Shown piece after piece: positions 19,001 to 26,590 of a stretch of DNA of 64,000 bases. The stretch is taken from positions 152,720-216,719 of the forward strand of contig DATAJY010000005.1 of NCBI GenBank assembly GCA_036261885.1, written 5' to 3'. The DNA comes from Thermoanaerobaculia bacterium. GTDB taxonomy: Bacteria > Acidobacteriota > Thermoanaerobaculia > Gp7-AA8. The notes under the pieces are model-generated. The model was not told the origin of the DNA. It did not search any database and saw nothing but the letters and a program-made list of their open reading frames with translations. The translations under genes and the position numbers were made by a program. Within the stretch, counting starts at the first letter, position 1. The number at the start of each line of letters is the position of its first letter.

Positions 19001-20826
19001 ACGGTCCGGTCACGCTGCTCACGCTGCAGGTGAAGGCGACGGCCACCGGCAAGCTGCCGTTCGAATGCTCGCAGCACAAGCAGAACATGGCCGGCACGTT
19101 CCAGATCAGCGGGGCGCCCACGCCGACGCACACCATCACCGGCGATCTCGTCAACGGCACGCCGACCTGGCTGCTCGACGGGAAGGCGATGCCGAACAAC
19201 AGCTCCTATCCGATGAAGCCGGGCGACATCATCCTGTTCGACGTGAAGAGCGGCACGCACGGCGTGACGTTCACGCAGGGACAGACGGCCTTCAACAACT
19301 TCTTCAACGTCCTCGACGGCGCGAGCAAGTTGATCGCGAATCCGAACGGCATCACCGGCGGCTGGGGCACGCCCGCGGTCGCGGGACCGGCCACGCTGAT
19401 CACCATTCAGGTGAAAGCGAGCGCCAAGGGGACGCTCATCTTCTGGTGCACGCAGCACAAGCAGAACATGGCCGGCACGTTCTCGGCCGGTCCGCAGACG
19501 TGGAACGTCACCGGCGACAACGCGCCCGGTCCGGTGTGGAAGCTCAATGATGCAGTGCAGTCCAACAACGCCTCGTATCCGATCAGCTCCGGCGACACGG
19601 TGGTCTTCTCCGTCGCCACCGGCCGTCACGGCGTGGCGTTCATCACCGGCCGTGCGGCGTTCGACAACGTCTTCGACGTCGTCTCGAGCACCGCGCCGCT
19701 GAAAGACAACCCGAACGGCATCGCCGGCTCTTACGGCACCGATGCCTTCAACGGACCGCAGGCGCTGATCACGGTGAAAGTGAAGCCGAATGTCGCGCCG
19801 ACGAACCTGCCGTTCTGGTGCACGCAGCACAAGGCGAACATGGCCGGTACGTTCAAGGTGAACGGCGGCGTGCCGACGCTCACCGCGGTGCCGACGCAGT
19901 TCACGCGCGCGTTCAACTACAAGACCGAGCCGCTGCAGTATCGCTACGTCGATCAGAACGCGTTCCTCAACCCCGCCTCGTATCCGCTCGGCATCATGCG
20001 CGCGGTCTCGAACCAGCTCGTGCTGGCCGATCCGCAGACTCCGGTGTTCGCGGCCGCGGCAGGGGAGCCGGTGCGCATTCGCATGCTCCATCCGGCCGGC
20101 CTCGACGAACAGGTGCTGACGCTGCACGGTCACGCGTGGCAGGAAGAGCCGTACGAGAACGGTACGCAGTCTTCCGTCATCGGGCACAACAAGTTCTCGC
20201 AATACCTCGGCTCGCGCGATGCGTTCGGTCCGAACGTCTCGTGGGACCTCGTGATCGACGAGGCGGGCGGGCGCGCGCAGACGAAGGGCGATTACATCTT
20301 CCGCACCTTCATCGGCACCGACTTCCTCTTCGGCCTCTGGGGCATCCTGCGGGTCGGCCATGCGAATCGCGACGTCGTCACCGTGAACTACTTCCCGCCG
20401 CCGAGCGCCGGCTCGAATTTCCCGGCCGGCCTGCGCGGCACGACCACCGTCAACACGTCGACCGGCCGCATGGCCGATCGCATCGAGATCTACGCCGGCT
20501 CTTCGGCCAGCGGCACGCCGTTCGACACGGTGCGCATCGACAAGTCGACCGGCTTCTGGTCGTCGACGAAGACGATGCCGAATCCGCCGCTCTTCGTGCA
20601 GTCGGTGTCGTGCTCCGATGCGAACTGCACGTCGAAGACGCCGTGGGGCTCGCGCGTGATGGAGACGTACATCCCGACCACGACCATTCCGGCCGGCAGC
20701 ATTGCGCAGCCGATGATCCAGCTGCCGCCGTCACCGATCGATCTGTTCAAGCCGGCGCGTCCTGACACGATCGTGCAGCCGCAGCCGACGACCACTCCGA
20801 CGCACGAGCATCCGCCCGAACACTGA
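13057..20826 (+). CDS. giant secreted multicopper-oxidase-like protein carrying four tandem cupredoxin (type-1 copper) domains (2589 aa)
   Basis: GAGGAGG RBS and signal peptide 'MLRRPALFLLILGALVPLVAQA'. MCO copper motifs: 'IHYHDD' (HxH), 'HVHHLH' (HxxHxH) and 'HCHFYPHFAQGM' (HCHxxxHxxxxM), with a second set 'GQHIHLVKFD', 'THDHF' and 'LTLHGHAW'. Residues ~1770-2270 hold four ~125-aa repeats, each with 'G.HGV.F', 'NPNGI.G.WGT' and 'F(E/W)C(T/S)QHK.NMAGT', the His/Cys/His/Met ligand set of a blue-copper site. Confidence 0.8.
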   Translation: MLRRPALFLLILGALVPLVAQADNPCTPQNTTRADVVALDQAFYNNRLGAFQSGGTIYALRRDVVSNAGGASALTAGKVMLRPDKRPRPIVLRVNEGSCLEIAFQNLLAPVPQVSVFPAASPWENQSTMSNAYTSTGGASTDLQKWGTQTTQGPTRYAGVHVMGLNLVSAKDGSGAPIEAIAADGSWTGANDITANARGPRASGLVAPGEKITYTLFARENSEGSYLLYSTGATNGASQDFGGQLMQGLFGSVTVQPGRSEWYRSQVTRDELLKATYTAAGQTLTPSSKAPVKINGKSAKVWNWKVSATDTREAVLLNADGDPVSGSSSAYLHTTKGQPYINYGATDSTRQCGGEPLPVLKMTNGKGEICHSDLTAIITGPNAGLVIDPPYAGVPSTPNPREPWREFAIHYHDDFLVTQAFPQQQPGNSLAGTLNAGRDYFAINYGIGGIAAEVLANRLGVGPMYQCATCKFEEFFLSSWTVGDPAMVVDVPANNGTGTGPKATKALFPDDPSNVYHSYVGDHVIFQILHAGTNITHVHHLHAQQWLHSPRNANSAYRDSQMISPGASYTLNHVYNGSGNVNKTVGDSIFHCHFYPHFAQGMWSMWRVHDAFEAGTILNADGTVRKGWNRALPDGEIASGTPTPGLVPLPTIPMALPPARTQIVDVTIPGQTKPVGYTVQVHPDDKTATPGYPFFIPGVAGQRAPHPPLDLAWDEDGNGKPRKDSKGNTIYLDGGLPRHISLFDTDITEKHTRWDFTKDNGAITAVQLPEDGTASERQAMTVHEQRNHPSFTPEGKPASFVLNGMKRKHGAPYANPNVNLDGTPHCNDDVPPAMVLDPKDGEQPCLIRYKAAAIQIDAVFNKKGWHYPQSRILSLWGDVKDTMANKRIPQPFFFRANSDQIIEYWHANLVPNYYELDDFQVRTPTDVIGQHIHLVKFDVTSSDGAGNGYNYEDGTFSPDEVRETIEAINQCPDHQPCAQCPAGLFPMLSITGSGAKPGGTRTCLKPKAIPYFGDGPDGRWVGAQATIQRWAADPVFGEKQADSLIEYPKGERRIDRTLRTVFTHDHFGPSTHQQVGLYAGLVVEPKHTYWLDGETGEHYGSNQNRPIGANGLAPFDGGPTGWHATILHPNKPSDDYREFVLEFQDRQLAYTSSSIGKAVPYDGGTSAYTGWSDPQFAISPPATGTGPRPPWPVLVTNSFATGSYSVNYRNEPLTFRAFGGTPNQTPNAAGSDLSNAFASIPRLDPQLNTQPAAGSPITTTGANAFTFPPPFRGAGANDPYTPLLRAYDGDNVQLRTLVGAHMSPHFFNVHGVNWLFEPAEEDSGWRSAQGMGISEHYEMIFTMPRTGGPTSDYLYEASSDTTGRKNGNWGLLRAYSQDQTDLQRLPNNPATAPATAGPPAGCPGPDVAPAREYRVRAMTIQQATGANWLTYNARGAAGKNGGEQLVDPNAIIYVDEADLVDGKLKNPNRVEPLILRAKAGECVSVTLTNSLPGDTVGATVTTTPPWPTQFTLTATQNAIDDMLVFFVGAGSTTPRQSSYSTEFQLLFNTNTFGYQLPPSGVGSSTTNNGNNTYTIVSGNTYIVSRTSNTTLNVTVAQPVAISTSKNVGLHASLLAYDVRSNDGMNVGANPTQTLTPGQSRTYKWYAGQYFLENDVWTPRPVEYGSVNLNPSDPLMQHPKGLIGALIIEPRTTTKWTVDENSNASARVEYTEDGAAKSFREFVAIISDDIIGMQKTGGQPVQAAPAVTVDDGSGGVDNPVDSGSSGTADAGKTITISGVVINGTIAWALDGTQKPNNTTYDVSPGDTVVFNVTNGKHGVAFLPGQPAFDAFFDVVSGGNLLKASPNGITGSWGTDAFNGPASLVTLRVKSTATGNLPFECTQHKTNMAGTLRVVSSSGSTLAGDIVNSQVVWAFNGVPKANNSTYNVKAGDIITVTSQNGLHGIAFLQGQTAFEAFFDVLSGGSLLIPNPNGITGSWGTLPQNGPVTLLTLQVKATATGKLPFECSQHKQNMAGTFQISGAPTPTHTITGDLVNGTPTWLLDGKAMPNNSSYPMKPGDIILFDVKSGTHGVTFTQGQTAFNNFFNVLDGASKLIANPNGITGGWGTPAVAGPATLITIQVKASAKGTLIFWCTQHKQNMAGTFSAGPQTWNVTGDNAPGPVWKLNDAVQSNNASYPISSGDTVVFSVATGRHGVAFITGRAAFDNVFDVVSSTAPLKDNPNGIAGSYGTDAFNGPQALITVKVKPNVAPTNLPFWCTQHKANMAGTFKVNGGVPTLTAVPTQFTRAFNYKTEPLQYRYVDQNAFLNPASYPLGIMRAVSNQLVLADPQTPVFAAAAGEPVRIRMLHPAGLDEQVLTLHGHAWQEEPYENGTQSSVIGHNKFSQYLGSRDAFGPNVSWDLVIDEAGGRAQTKGDYIFRTFIGTDFLFGLWGILRVGHANRDVVTVNYFPPPSAGSNFPAGLRGTTTVNTSTGRMADRIEIYAGSSASGTPFDTVRIDKSTGFWSSTKTMPNPPLFVQSVSCSDANCTSKTPWGSRVMETYIPTTTIPAGSIAQPMIQLPPSPIDLFKPARPDTIVQPQPTTTPTHEHPPEH
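18370..19870 (+). repeat. four in-frame tandem repeats (~375 bp each) encoding cupredoxin-like domains inside the giant MCO gene
   Basis: Peptide repeats starting 'TITISGVVINGT', 'SGSTLAGDIVNS', 'APTPTHTITGDL' and 'PQTWNVTGDNAP', each ending in '...LPFxCTQHKxNMAGTF'. The DNA-level similarity is visible, e.g. recurring 'aatccgaacggcatcaccgg' and 'cagcacaag..gaacatggccggcacg'. Confidence 0.7.
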
Positions 20827-20832
20827 ACCCGC

Positions 20833-22671
20833 ATGAGGCACAAAGCACTCGCTGCCACGTTTCTGCTCCTCGCCGCCGCGACCTTCGCGCGCGGCGAGGA
20901 GTCCGTCGAGACCGCGCCGGTCGTGCGCAAAGCCGTGCACGACGGCGTCGCGGTGAAGATGACCATCGATCACGCCGCGGCCGCCGAGGCGCAACCGTTG
21001 CGCGGGGGGGATGACGTGGTGGTGCGTTTCGAGATCACCGACGCCGCCACCGGCGCGCCGTTGCGCGGCGCGAAACCGGCGGCGTGGATGGACGGCGGTC
21101 ACGATCGCCCGTCCGGCTGCCGCGACCGCATCAACATCTACGCGGGCGGCGGTTTTCTCGGGCGCGCCGATGTGAATCTCAATACGTTTCACGTGCTGGC
21201 GATGAATGACGACGCGACGTTGACGGTCGTCGATCCGCTGTTCGGATTCGGCGGCACGAAACTGCTCGCACTGGTGGAGCTGCCGAGTCCCGCCAACGAC
21301 TGGGTGCTCACCGATGACAGCAACCAGTTGTTCGTGTCGATGGCGAAAGCGAAGCAGGTCGCGCTCGTCGATACCGCGGCCTGGCGGGTGGCGAAGAGCG
21401 TTTCGTTCCGCACTTCTCCGGGCCGCATCGTGCTGCAACGCGATGAAGGGTATCTCTGGGTCGCAACCGAAGACGCGCTCGTGGCGTTGCGCACGAAAGA
21501 CCTCGGCATCGCCGCATCGCTGCCGCTGCCGAGCGGCGCGCACGACGTCGTCGTCTCGCACGACAATCGTTTCGTCTTCGCCACCAGCGCCGAGGGCGAT
21601 CGCGTGACGGTGGTCGACGTCGCGAAGCTCGCGGTCGTACGGGAGGTGAAGGTTGCGCGGCCGGTCTCGATCGCCTGGTCCTCGCTCGCGAACACCGCGT
21701 ACGTCGCGAGCGAGAAAGGGGCGATCGTCGCGGTGGGGACGCGCGGTGTGCTCGCGACCATCGACGTCGGCGCGGGCGTCTCGATGGTTCGCGTCACTCC
21801 CGACGCGCGGCTGGCGCTGGCCATCAATCCGCTCGAGAGCTCGATCGATGTGATCGACGTCTCCACGAATCGTTTGATGCAGAGCGGCGAGCTGCCTGGC
21901 GTTCCGGATCAGATCGCGTTCTCGCGCACGATCGCGTACGTCCTGCTGCGCGATTCCGAACAGGTACAGATGATCGTGCTCTCCGAGCTCGGTCACAAAG
22001 ACGCGCCGATCGCGATCGCCGACGTCGGCGGCGGACGGCGCGCGTTCGAGACCGATGCCACCTCTTTCGCACCGTCGGTCGTGCAGGCCGTCGGCGGAGA
22101 CTCGGTGCTCTTCGCGAACGGTCCCGACCGGGTCATCTACTACTACCAGGAAGGGATGGCCGCGCCGATGGGAAACTTCAACAACTACGGCCGGCGGCCG
22201 CGTGCGGTGATGGTCGTCGATCGCAGCCTGCGCGAGCGGCGTCCCGGCGTGTATGAAACGTCGGCGCGTCTGGCCGATGCCGGCCGCTATGACGTCGCGT
22301 TCCTCCTGGACGTGCCGCGCGCCGTCGATTGTTTCAATGTCGCCGTGGCCGAAGCACCGCGTACGAAATCGACGCGGCCGGTCGTGCATGCGGCGCTCGT
22401 CGATGATGGTGCCCGCAGGAGCGGCGCGAAATCGTCTCTGCGATTCCGTCTGACCAACGAAGCAGGCGCGCCGATCGAAACGCTCGGCGATTCGCTCGTG
22501 CTCATCTTCGCGCCCGGCATCTGGCAGGGGAGAGAACAACCGCGCCCCTTGGGCGACGGTACGTTCGCCGTCGACTTCACGCCCCCCGCACCCGGCAACT
22601 ACGCGATGTATCTCAACGCCGCCTCGCAGGGACTCTCCTACACGTTCGTCGGCTCGGTCTCCGTGCAGTGA
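20833..22671 (+). CDS. secreted YVTN-type beta-propeller repeat protein (612 aa)
   Basis: Starts 6 bp after the MCO stop. Signal peptide 'MRHKALAATFLLLAAATFARG'. Reiterated ~40-aa units such as 'QLFVSMAKAKQVALVD', 'YLWVATEDALVALR', 'FVFATSAEGDRVTVVD', 'AYVASEKGAIVAVG' and 'LALAINPLESSIDVIDV', typical of YVTN/NHL-like propellers. Confidence 0.65.
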   Translation: MRHKALAATFLLLAAATFARGEESVETAPVVRKAVHDGVAVKMTIDHAAAAEAQPLRGGDDVVVRFEITDAATGAPLRGAKPAAWMDGGHDRPSGCRDRINIYAGGGFLGRADVNLNTFHVLAMNDDATLTVVDPLFGFGGTKLLALVELPSPANDWVLTDDSNQLFVSMAKAKQVALVDTAAWRVAKSVSFRTSPGRIVLQRDEGYLWVATEDALVALRTKDLGIAASLPLPSGAHDVVVSHDNRFVFATSAEGDRVTVVDVAKLAVVREVKVARPVSIAWSSLANTAYVASEKGAIVAVGTRGVLATIDVGAGVSMVRVTPDARLALAINPLESSIDVIDVSTNRLMQSGELPGVPDQIAFSRTIAYVLLRDSEQVQMIVLSELGHKDAPIAIADVGGGRRAFETDATSFAPSVVQAVGGDSVLFANGPDRVIYYYQEGMAAPMGNFNNYGRRPRAVMVVDRSLRERRPGVYETSARLADAGRYDVAFLLDVPRAVDCFNVAVAEAPRTKSTRPVVHAALVDDGARRSGAKSSLRFRLTNEAGAPIETLGDSLVLIFAPGIWQGREQPRPLGDGTFAVDFTPPAPGNYAMYLNAASQGLSYTFVGSVSVQ

Positions 22672-22690
22672 CGCTCGTTCGCGTGGCGTG

Positions 22691-23437
22691 ATGAACGACA
22701 CGATTCAATCGCTCTGGATCGGCGGCGCGCTCTCGCCGATGGAGCAGCTCGCGCTCGCGTCGTTTCTTCATCACGGCCATCGCGTCGATCTCTACGTGTA
22801 CGACGAAGTGCGGCACGTCCCGGCCGGGACGACGCTGCGCGATGCGAACGAGATCCTTCCGCGCGAGCGGATCTTTCGCTATCGCGAGCACGACACCGTC
22901 TCCGGCTTTTCGAACTTCTTCCGCTATCGCCTGCTGCTCGAGCGCGGCGGGTGGTGGGTCGATACGGATGTCGTCTGTCTGCGCGCGTTCGATTTCGCGG
23001 ATGACCATGTGTTCGCGAGCGAGCCGACGCGCGACGGCAGCACGCCGGCATCGTGTGTGATCCGCGCGCCGGCCGGCGGCGCCGCCATGCAACTCGCCTG
23101 GGAACGCTGCGATGCGCGCGATGCCTCATCGTTGCGCTGGGGCGAAACCGGACCGCGGCTGGTGAAGGAGATCGTCGCGGAATGCGGGCTCGAATCGTTC
23201 GTGCAGCCGCCGGAGGTTTTCTGTCCGCTGCCGTTCTTCGCCTGGCGCACGATCGTCGAAGGTCCGCCGCCGTCATTCGACGCGCCGACGCGGGCGGTGC
23301 ATCTCTGGAACGACATGTGGCGGCGCGGCGGAGCGAGCAAGGACGACGTTCCGGAAGGAACGTTGTACGCGCAGCTCATCGAACGAGTTCTGGGCGGGAG
23401 AGCAGCGCGTAGCGCTCCACATCGTCCACGTGATTGA
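22691..23437 (+). CDS. glycosyltransferase with DXD motif (Gly_transf_sug-like, 248 aa)
   Basis: 'LLLERGGWWVDTDVVCLR' resembles the conserved DXD region of the alpha-1,4/1,6 sugar transferase family. The 3' end overlaps the convergent 712-aa gene by ~60 bp. Confidence 0.55.
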   Translation: MNDTIQSLWIGGALSPMEQLALASFLHHGHRVDLYVYDEVRHVPAGTTLRDANEILPRERIFRYREHDTVSGFSNFFRYRLLLERGGWWVDTDVVCLRAFDFADDHVFASEPTRDGSTPASCVIRAPAGGAAMQLAWERCDARDASSLRWGETGPRLVKEIVAECGLESFVQPPEVFCPLPFFAWRTIVEGPPPSFDAPTRAVHLWNDMWRRGGASKDDVPEGTLYAQLIERVLGGRAARSAPHRPRD

Positions 23438-25514
23438 GCACGCTCACGATGAGCAGCTCGATCCGTTCGTCCTTGTAGCCGCGTGCGCGCAACATCGTCG
23501 CCGCTTCCGCGCGCCACCGCGCGATCTCCGCATCTCCCTCCGGACGCTTCTCCATCCATGCGCGCACGAGCTCATCCCAGTCGCGCAGTTCGCGTACGTA
23601 GCCGCGCGTGACCATCTTGCGGAGCGCTTCGTTTTTCTCGACCGCGTCGTGGGCCTGAAAGTACGCCTCGCGATAGGACTGCCGGAACGCCCGCATTCCC
23701 TCTTCCGCCGTTTCGTCGCTGACGCGATAGATGCTGCGCAGCGCGGCGACTTCGCCGGGCACGCGGCGACGGCCGGCCGTGCCGCCGAGGACGTGCACGA
23801 GATCGTGACGCATGCCGCGGAAGCCGTGATTGGCGGTCCATTGATCGTAGTCGCGCCCTGGAATCGAGACCGAGTCGTGATCGACGAAGTGCACGCGCAC
23901 GCACCAGTCGCCGTTGCGAAAGACATTGCGCAGGCCGACGTTGCGCGTGACGAACGATTCCCCTTCGCTCCACATCCGCAGCGCGGTGTAGAACGCGAAG
24001 TAGTGGCCGATCTGGGAGAGCACATCGCAGAACGTCGCGTCGAGCTCCGGGCGATTGAGCGCATAGGCCTCATCGAGATACTGCGCGTACGTCGCGCCGG
24101 AAGAGGTGCGCGGCGGGAGATAGTGCGGGACGATCTCACCGAAAAGCGCATCCGCGAAACGGCGGCGGTCGTCATCCGTTGCTTCGAGCTGTAATCCCTT
24201 CGTGAAGTACTGCTCGTCGCCGTCGGGCGCCAGGTACGCGGCCAGCCGATCGAAGCGAAACGAGCTCGATCCGATCACGAACGCCTGCTCGGGTGAAGTG
24301 ACGGCCAGCCAGCGGCCGAGCGTTTCGTAGCCGCCGTGATCTCCGGCCGTGGCGTGCAGGCGATCGCTTTCGAGACGCGGCAGCGCCTTCTTCATCGCCT
24401 CGCGCATCGCGCCGAAGCCCGGGCCGTACGTCTGCGCGTTTCCGAAATACGAGACCAGCGACACGTCGCCGCGCGGTGTCGGGATCTCGAGAATCGCGGA
24501 GAGCCCGACGATGCGCGAGCCCGGTCCTTCCACTCCGTACGCGAGGCGATGCAGGCGCGCGAGAAAGCTCGCCGACGACAGCTCCCAGCGCACGAGGCGT
24601 CCGGTCGAGCCGCCCCAGAAGTGATGGTGCACCGGCACCGGATGCTTCTGGTTCTCATGCTGATAAACGCAGTCGATGACGCGGTCCCCGCGCGCGCCGG
24701 CGCGCTTGAGCTCGAGCTCGACGTCGCTGCCTGGCGGCTTGATCACCAGCGCCACGGTGCCGAGCGGATATTCGACGAGCGAATGAATGGTTGACGGTGT
24801 TTCGTCCGCGACCCAGTAGATCACCGGCTCGCTCATCAGCAGTTCGAGTATCTCGCGCTCGTACGGCGGCAGGCCCTGCTTCGCGCGGCGTGCCTCATCG
24901 AGATTGTAGGGATCGGTCTTCGGCATCTCCGGCATTCCGGAGCTCGTGCGCACGACTTGCATGATCCGGGCGACGACGTCTTCGGGCGAAAGCAGATAGC
25001 GCGAGAAAACGAGACGGCACTCGTGCCGCGAGTGATCCACGAAATCGGGTGCGCCGCGAAGAGTGTCGCGTTCGAGCGCCGCATGCACGTGATCGAATCG
25101 TCCGATGCGGCGGCGCAGTTCGCCGGCGAAGTGCAGCACGGCCACCGACGAGTAGCCTTCCTGCAGTACGACGCGCCGCACCTGCTCGAGCGAGTCGGTG
25201 AGGAGTTGCAGGCCGTGGAGAAAGGCGAGCAGATCGTCGGGGCGGGCGATGCGCAGGAACTCGTGTTCGAGCGCGAGACAGGCCAGGCGCCGCACGCCCC
25301 ACTCGTCGCCGCGTGTGCCGCGGGCGACCTCCATCAGCTCCGCCGCGTAGGCGCGATCGTGCGTGTTGCGCACGAGAAACGGCGCGAGCAGCTCCGCACC
25401 GCGGTCCGCGCACTCCGCGCCGAGGGATGCGCGCACGATCCGTCGCAGGCGCTCCGAGCCCGTACTAACGAGGAACGGCGCCGAACGGCGCCGCTCCTTT
25501 TTCACCGCGTTCAC
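23376..25514 (-). CDS. large conserved hypothetical protein (712 aa), function unknown
   Basis: Long GC3-biased frame. No motif I can assign with confidence. GTG start here, so the start is uncertain. It lies 3 bp downstream of the Lys-rich gene. Confidence 0.5.
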   Translation of the reverse strand: MNAVKKERRRSAPFLVSTGSERLRRIVRASLGAECADRGAELLAPFLVRNTHDRAYAAELMEVARGTRGDEWGVRRLACLALEHEFLRIARPDDLLAFLHGLQLLTDSLEQVRRVVLQEGYSSVAVLHFAGELRRRIGRFDHVHAALERDTLRGAPDFVDHSRHECRLVFSRYLLSPEDVVARIMQVVRTSSGMPEMPKTDPYNLDEARRAKQGLPPYEREILELLMSEPVIYWVADETPSTIHSLVEYPLGTVALVIKPPGSDVELELKRAGARGDRVIDCVYQHENQKHPVPVHHHFWGGSTGRLVRWELSSASFLARLHRLAYGVEGPGSRIVGLSAILEIPTPRGDVSLVSYFGNAQTYGPGFGAMREAMKKALPRLESDRLHATAGDHGGYETLGRWLAVTSPEQAFVIGSSSFRFDRLAAYLAPDGDEQYFTKGLQLEATDDDRRRFADALFGEIVPHYLPPRTSSGATYAQYLDEAYALNRPELDATFCDVLSQIGHYFAFYTALRMWSEGESFVTRNVGLRNVFRNGDWCVRVHFVDHDSVSIPGRDYDQWTANHGFRGMRHDLVHVLGGTAGRRRVPGEVAALRSIYRVSDETAEEGMRAFRQSYREAYFQAHDAVEKNEALRKMVTRGYVRELRDWDELVRAWMEKRPEGDAEIARWRAEAATMLRARGYKDERIELLIVSVLNHVDDVERYALLSRPELVR

Positions 25515-25517
25515 GGC

Positions 25518-25775
25518 TCAGCGCTTGCCGCCCTTGCGACCGCTCGTGCTCTTGCCACCCTTGCTGCTCTTCCCGCCTTTGCTGCTCTTGCCGCCGCCCG
25601 CGGTCTTGCCGGTGGTCTTCTTCGCGCCTTTTTTCTTCTTCTTCCCGCCGCCGCCGGCGAGTGCTTTCGAGAGCGCAAGAAACATCTGCTCAGCGACCGT
25701 TCGCGAGACGATGACCGTCACGTTGTCGACCGCTTTTCCTTTGGTACTGCCTGTCGTCGATTTTCCAGTAGCCAT
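25518..25775 (-). CDS. small lysine/glycine-rich basic protein, histone H1-like low-complexity tail (85 aa)
   Basis: ATG at 25775 with 'gaaaggggaag' RBS. 'MATGKSTTGSTKGKAVDNVTVIVSRTVAEQMFLALSKALAGGGGKKKKKGAKKTTGK...GGKSSKGGKSSKGGKS'. An alternative GTG start at 25817 would overlap the GT2 stop. Confidence 0.5.
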   Translation of the reverse strand: MATGKSTTGSTKGKAVDNVTVIVSRTVAEQMFLALSKALAGGGGKKKKKGAKKTTGKTAGGGKSSKGGKSSKGGKSTSGRKGGKR

Positions 25776-25813
25776 GTTTTCTTCCCCTTTCTTCGGGACG
25801 ATGGTTGGTCGGT

Positions 25814-26590
25814 TCACGCGACGGAGACGCCGCGACGGAGAGAGCGTTCATCGATGGGTGGATACGGCCGCCGCGCGCGGATGCGCAGCGTCGTGTCGCG
25901 CATCTCCTCGTGCATCAGCCGTCCCACGGAATGTGGATTGGCGCGGTTGTAGATCATCAGGACGTCGGCGATGTGCCGGGCGCGGCGCGTCGTGGCCATC
26001 TCCAGCATCGGGATCATGCAGGCCTGGTCTTCGACGATGCGGAAATAGCGGCCGTCGTCGTCGCGAAGGTCGCTGTCGTCGATCAGATCCCACAGCCACT
26101 TCCTGAACGTGCGCACGGCGGTGCCGAGCCAGAAGCCGCTGCGGAAATCGGTGGTGTCGTCGGGATACGCCGGCCACCTCCCTTGCGCGTGTGGAGGATC
26201 GTCTTCATTCAGTCCTTCGGCGATCCACGAGCCGTACGTCATCCAGCAGTCGAAGCGGCGATACGACTGGTCGATGATCTCCAGCGCGTGCGGCGTGGCG
26301 AAGCGGTCGTCCCCGTCGAGCACCACGATCACATCCTCCGGATCGGCGCTTCCGCGCTCGATCGCGTCGACGAGGTTGTGCATCGCCCACCGACGCTCGT
26401 CGTTCTGCCGCACGTGAAAGCGCGAGTCTCCGGCGATCGCCGCGAGCGCCCGCTCGTACGTCGCGTCGCCGCACGGATCGATCGTCAGCGTGCAGGTCCA
26501 GTCGCGCACCGTCTGGCGGCGCAACGAGGCGATGCATCCGTCGATGTACGCTTCCGCCGCGCCGCAATTCGTGATCACGCGGAACGTCAT
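25814..26590 (-). CDS. glycosyltransferase family 2 (258 aa)
   Basis: Internal ATG at 26590 ('MTFRVITNCGAAEAYIDGCIASLRRQT...') overlaps the LLM stop (ATGA). 'VIVVLDGDDRF' is a GT2 DxD motif. Confidence 0.65.
   Translation of the reverse strand: MTFRVITNCGAAEAYIDGCIASLRRQTVRDWTCTLTIDPCGDATYERALAAIAGDSRFHVRQNDERRWAMHNLVDAIERGSADPEDVIVVLDGDDRFATPHALEIIDQSYRRFDCWMTYGSWIAEGLNEDDPPHAQGRWPAYPDDTTDFRSGFWLGTAVRTFRKWLWDLIDDSDLRDDDGRYFRIVEDQACMIPMLEMATTRRARHIADVLMIYNRANPHSVGRLMHEEMRDTTLRIRARRPYPPIDERSLRRGVSVA

Noticed and set aside
25520-25700. Possible CRISPR-like or direct-repeat array in the repetitive DNA at 25520-25700.
   Set aside because: The repeats are short, imperfect and in-frame, encoding a Lys/Gly-rich low-complexity protein. 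There are no spacer-like unique segments.
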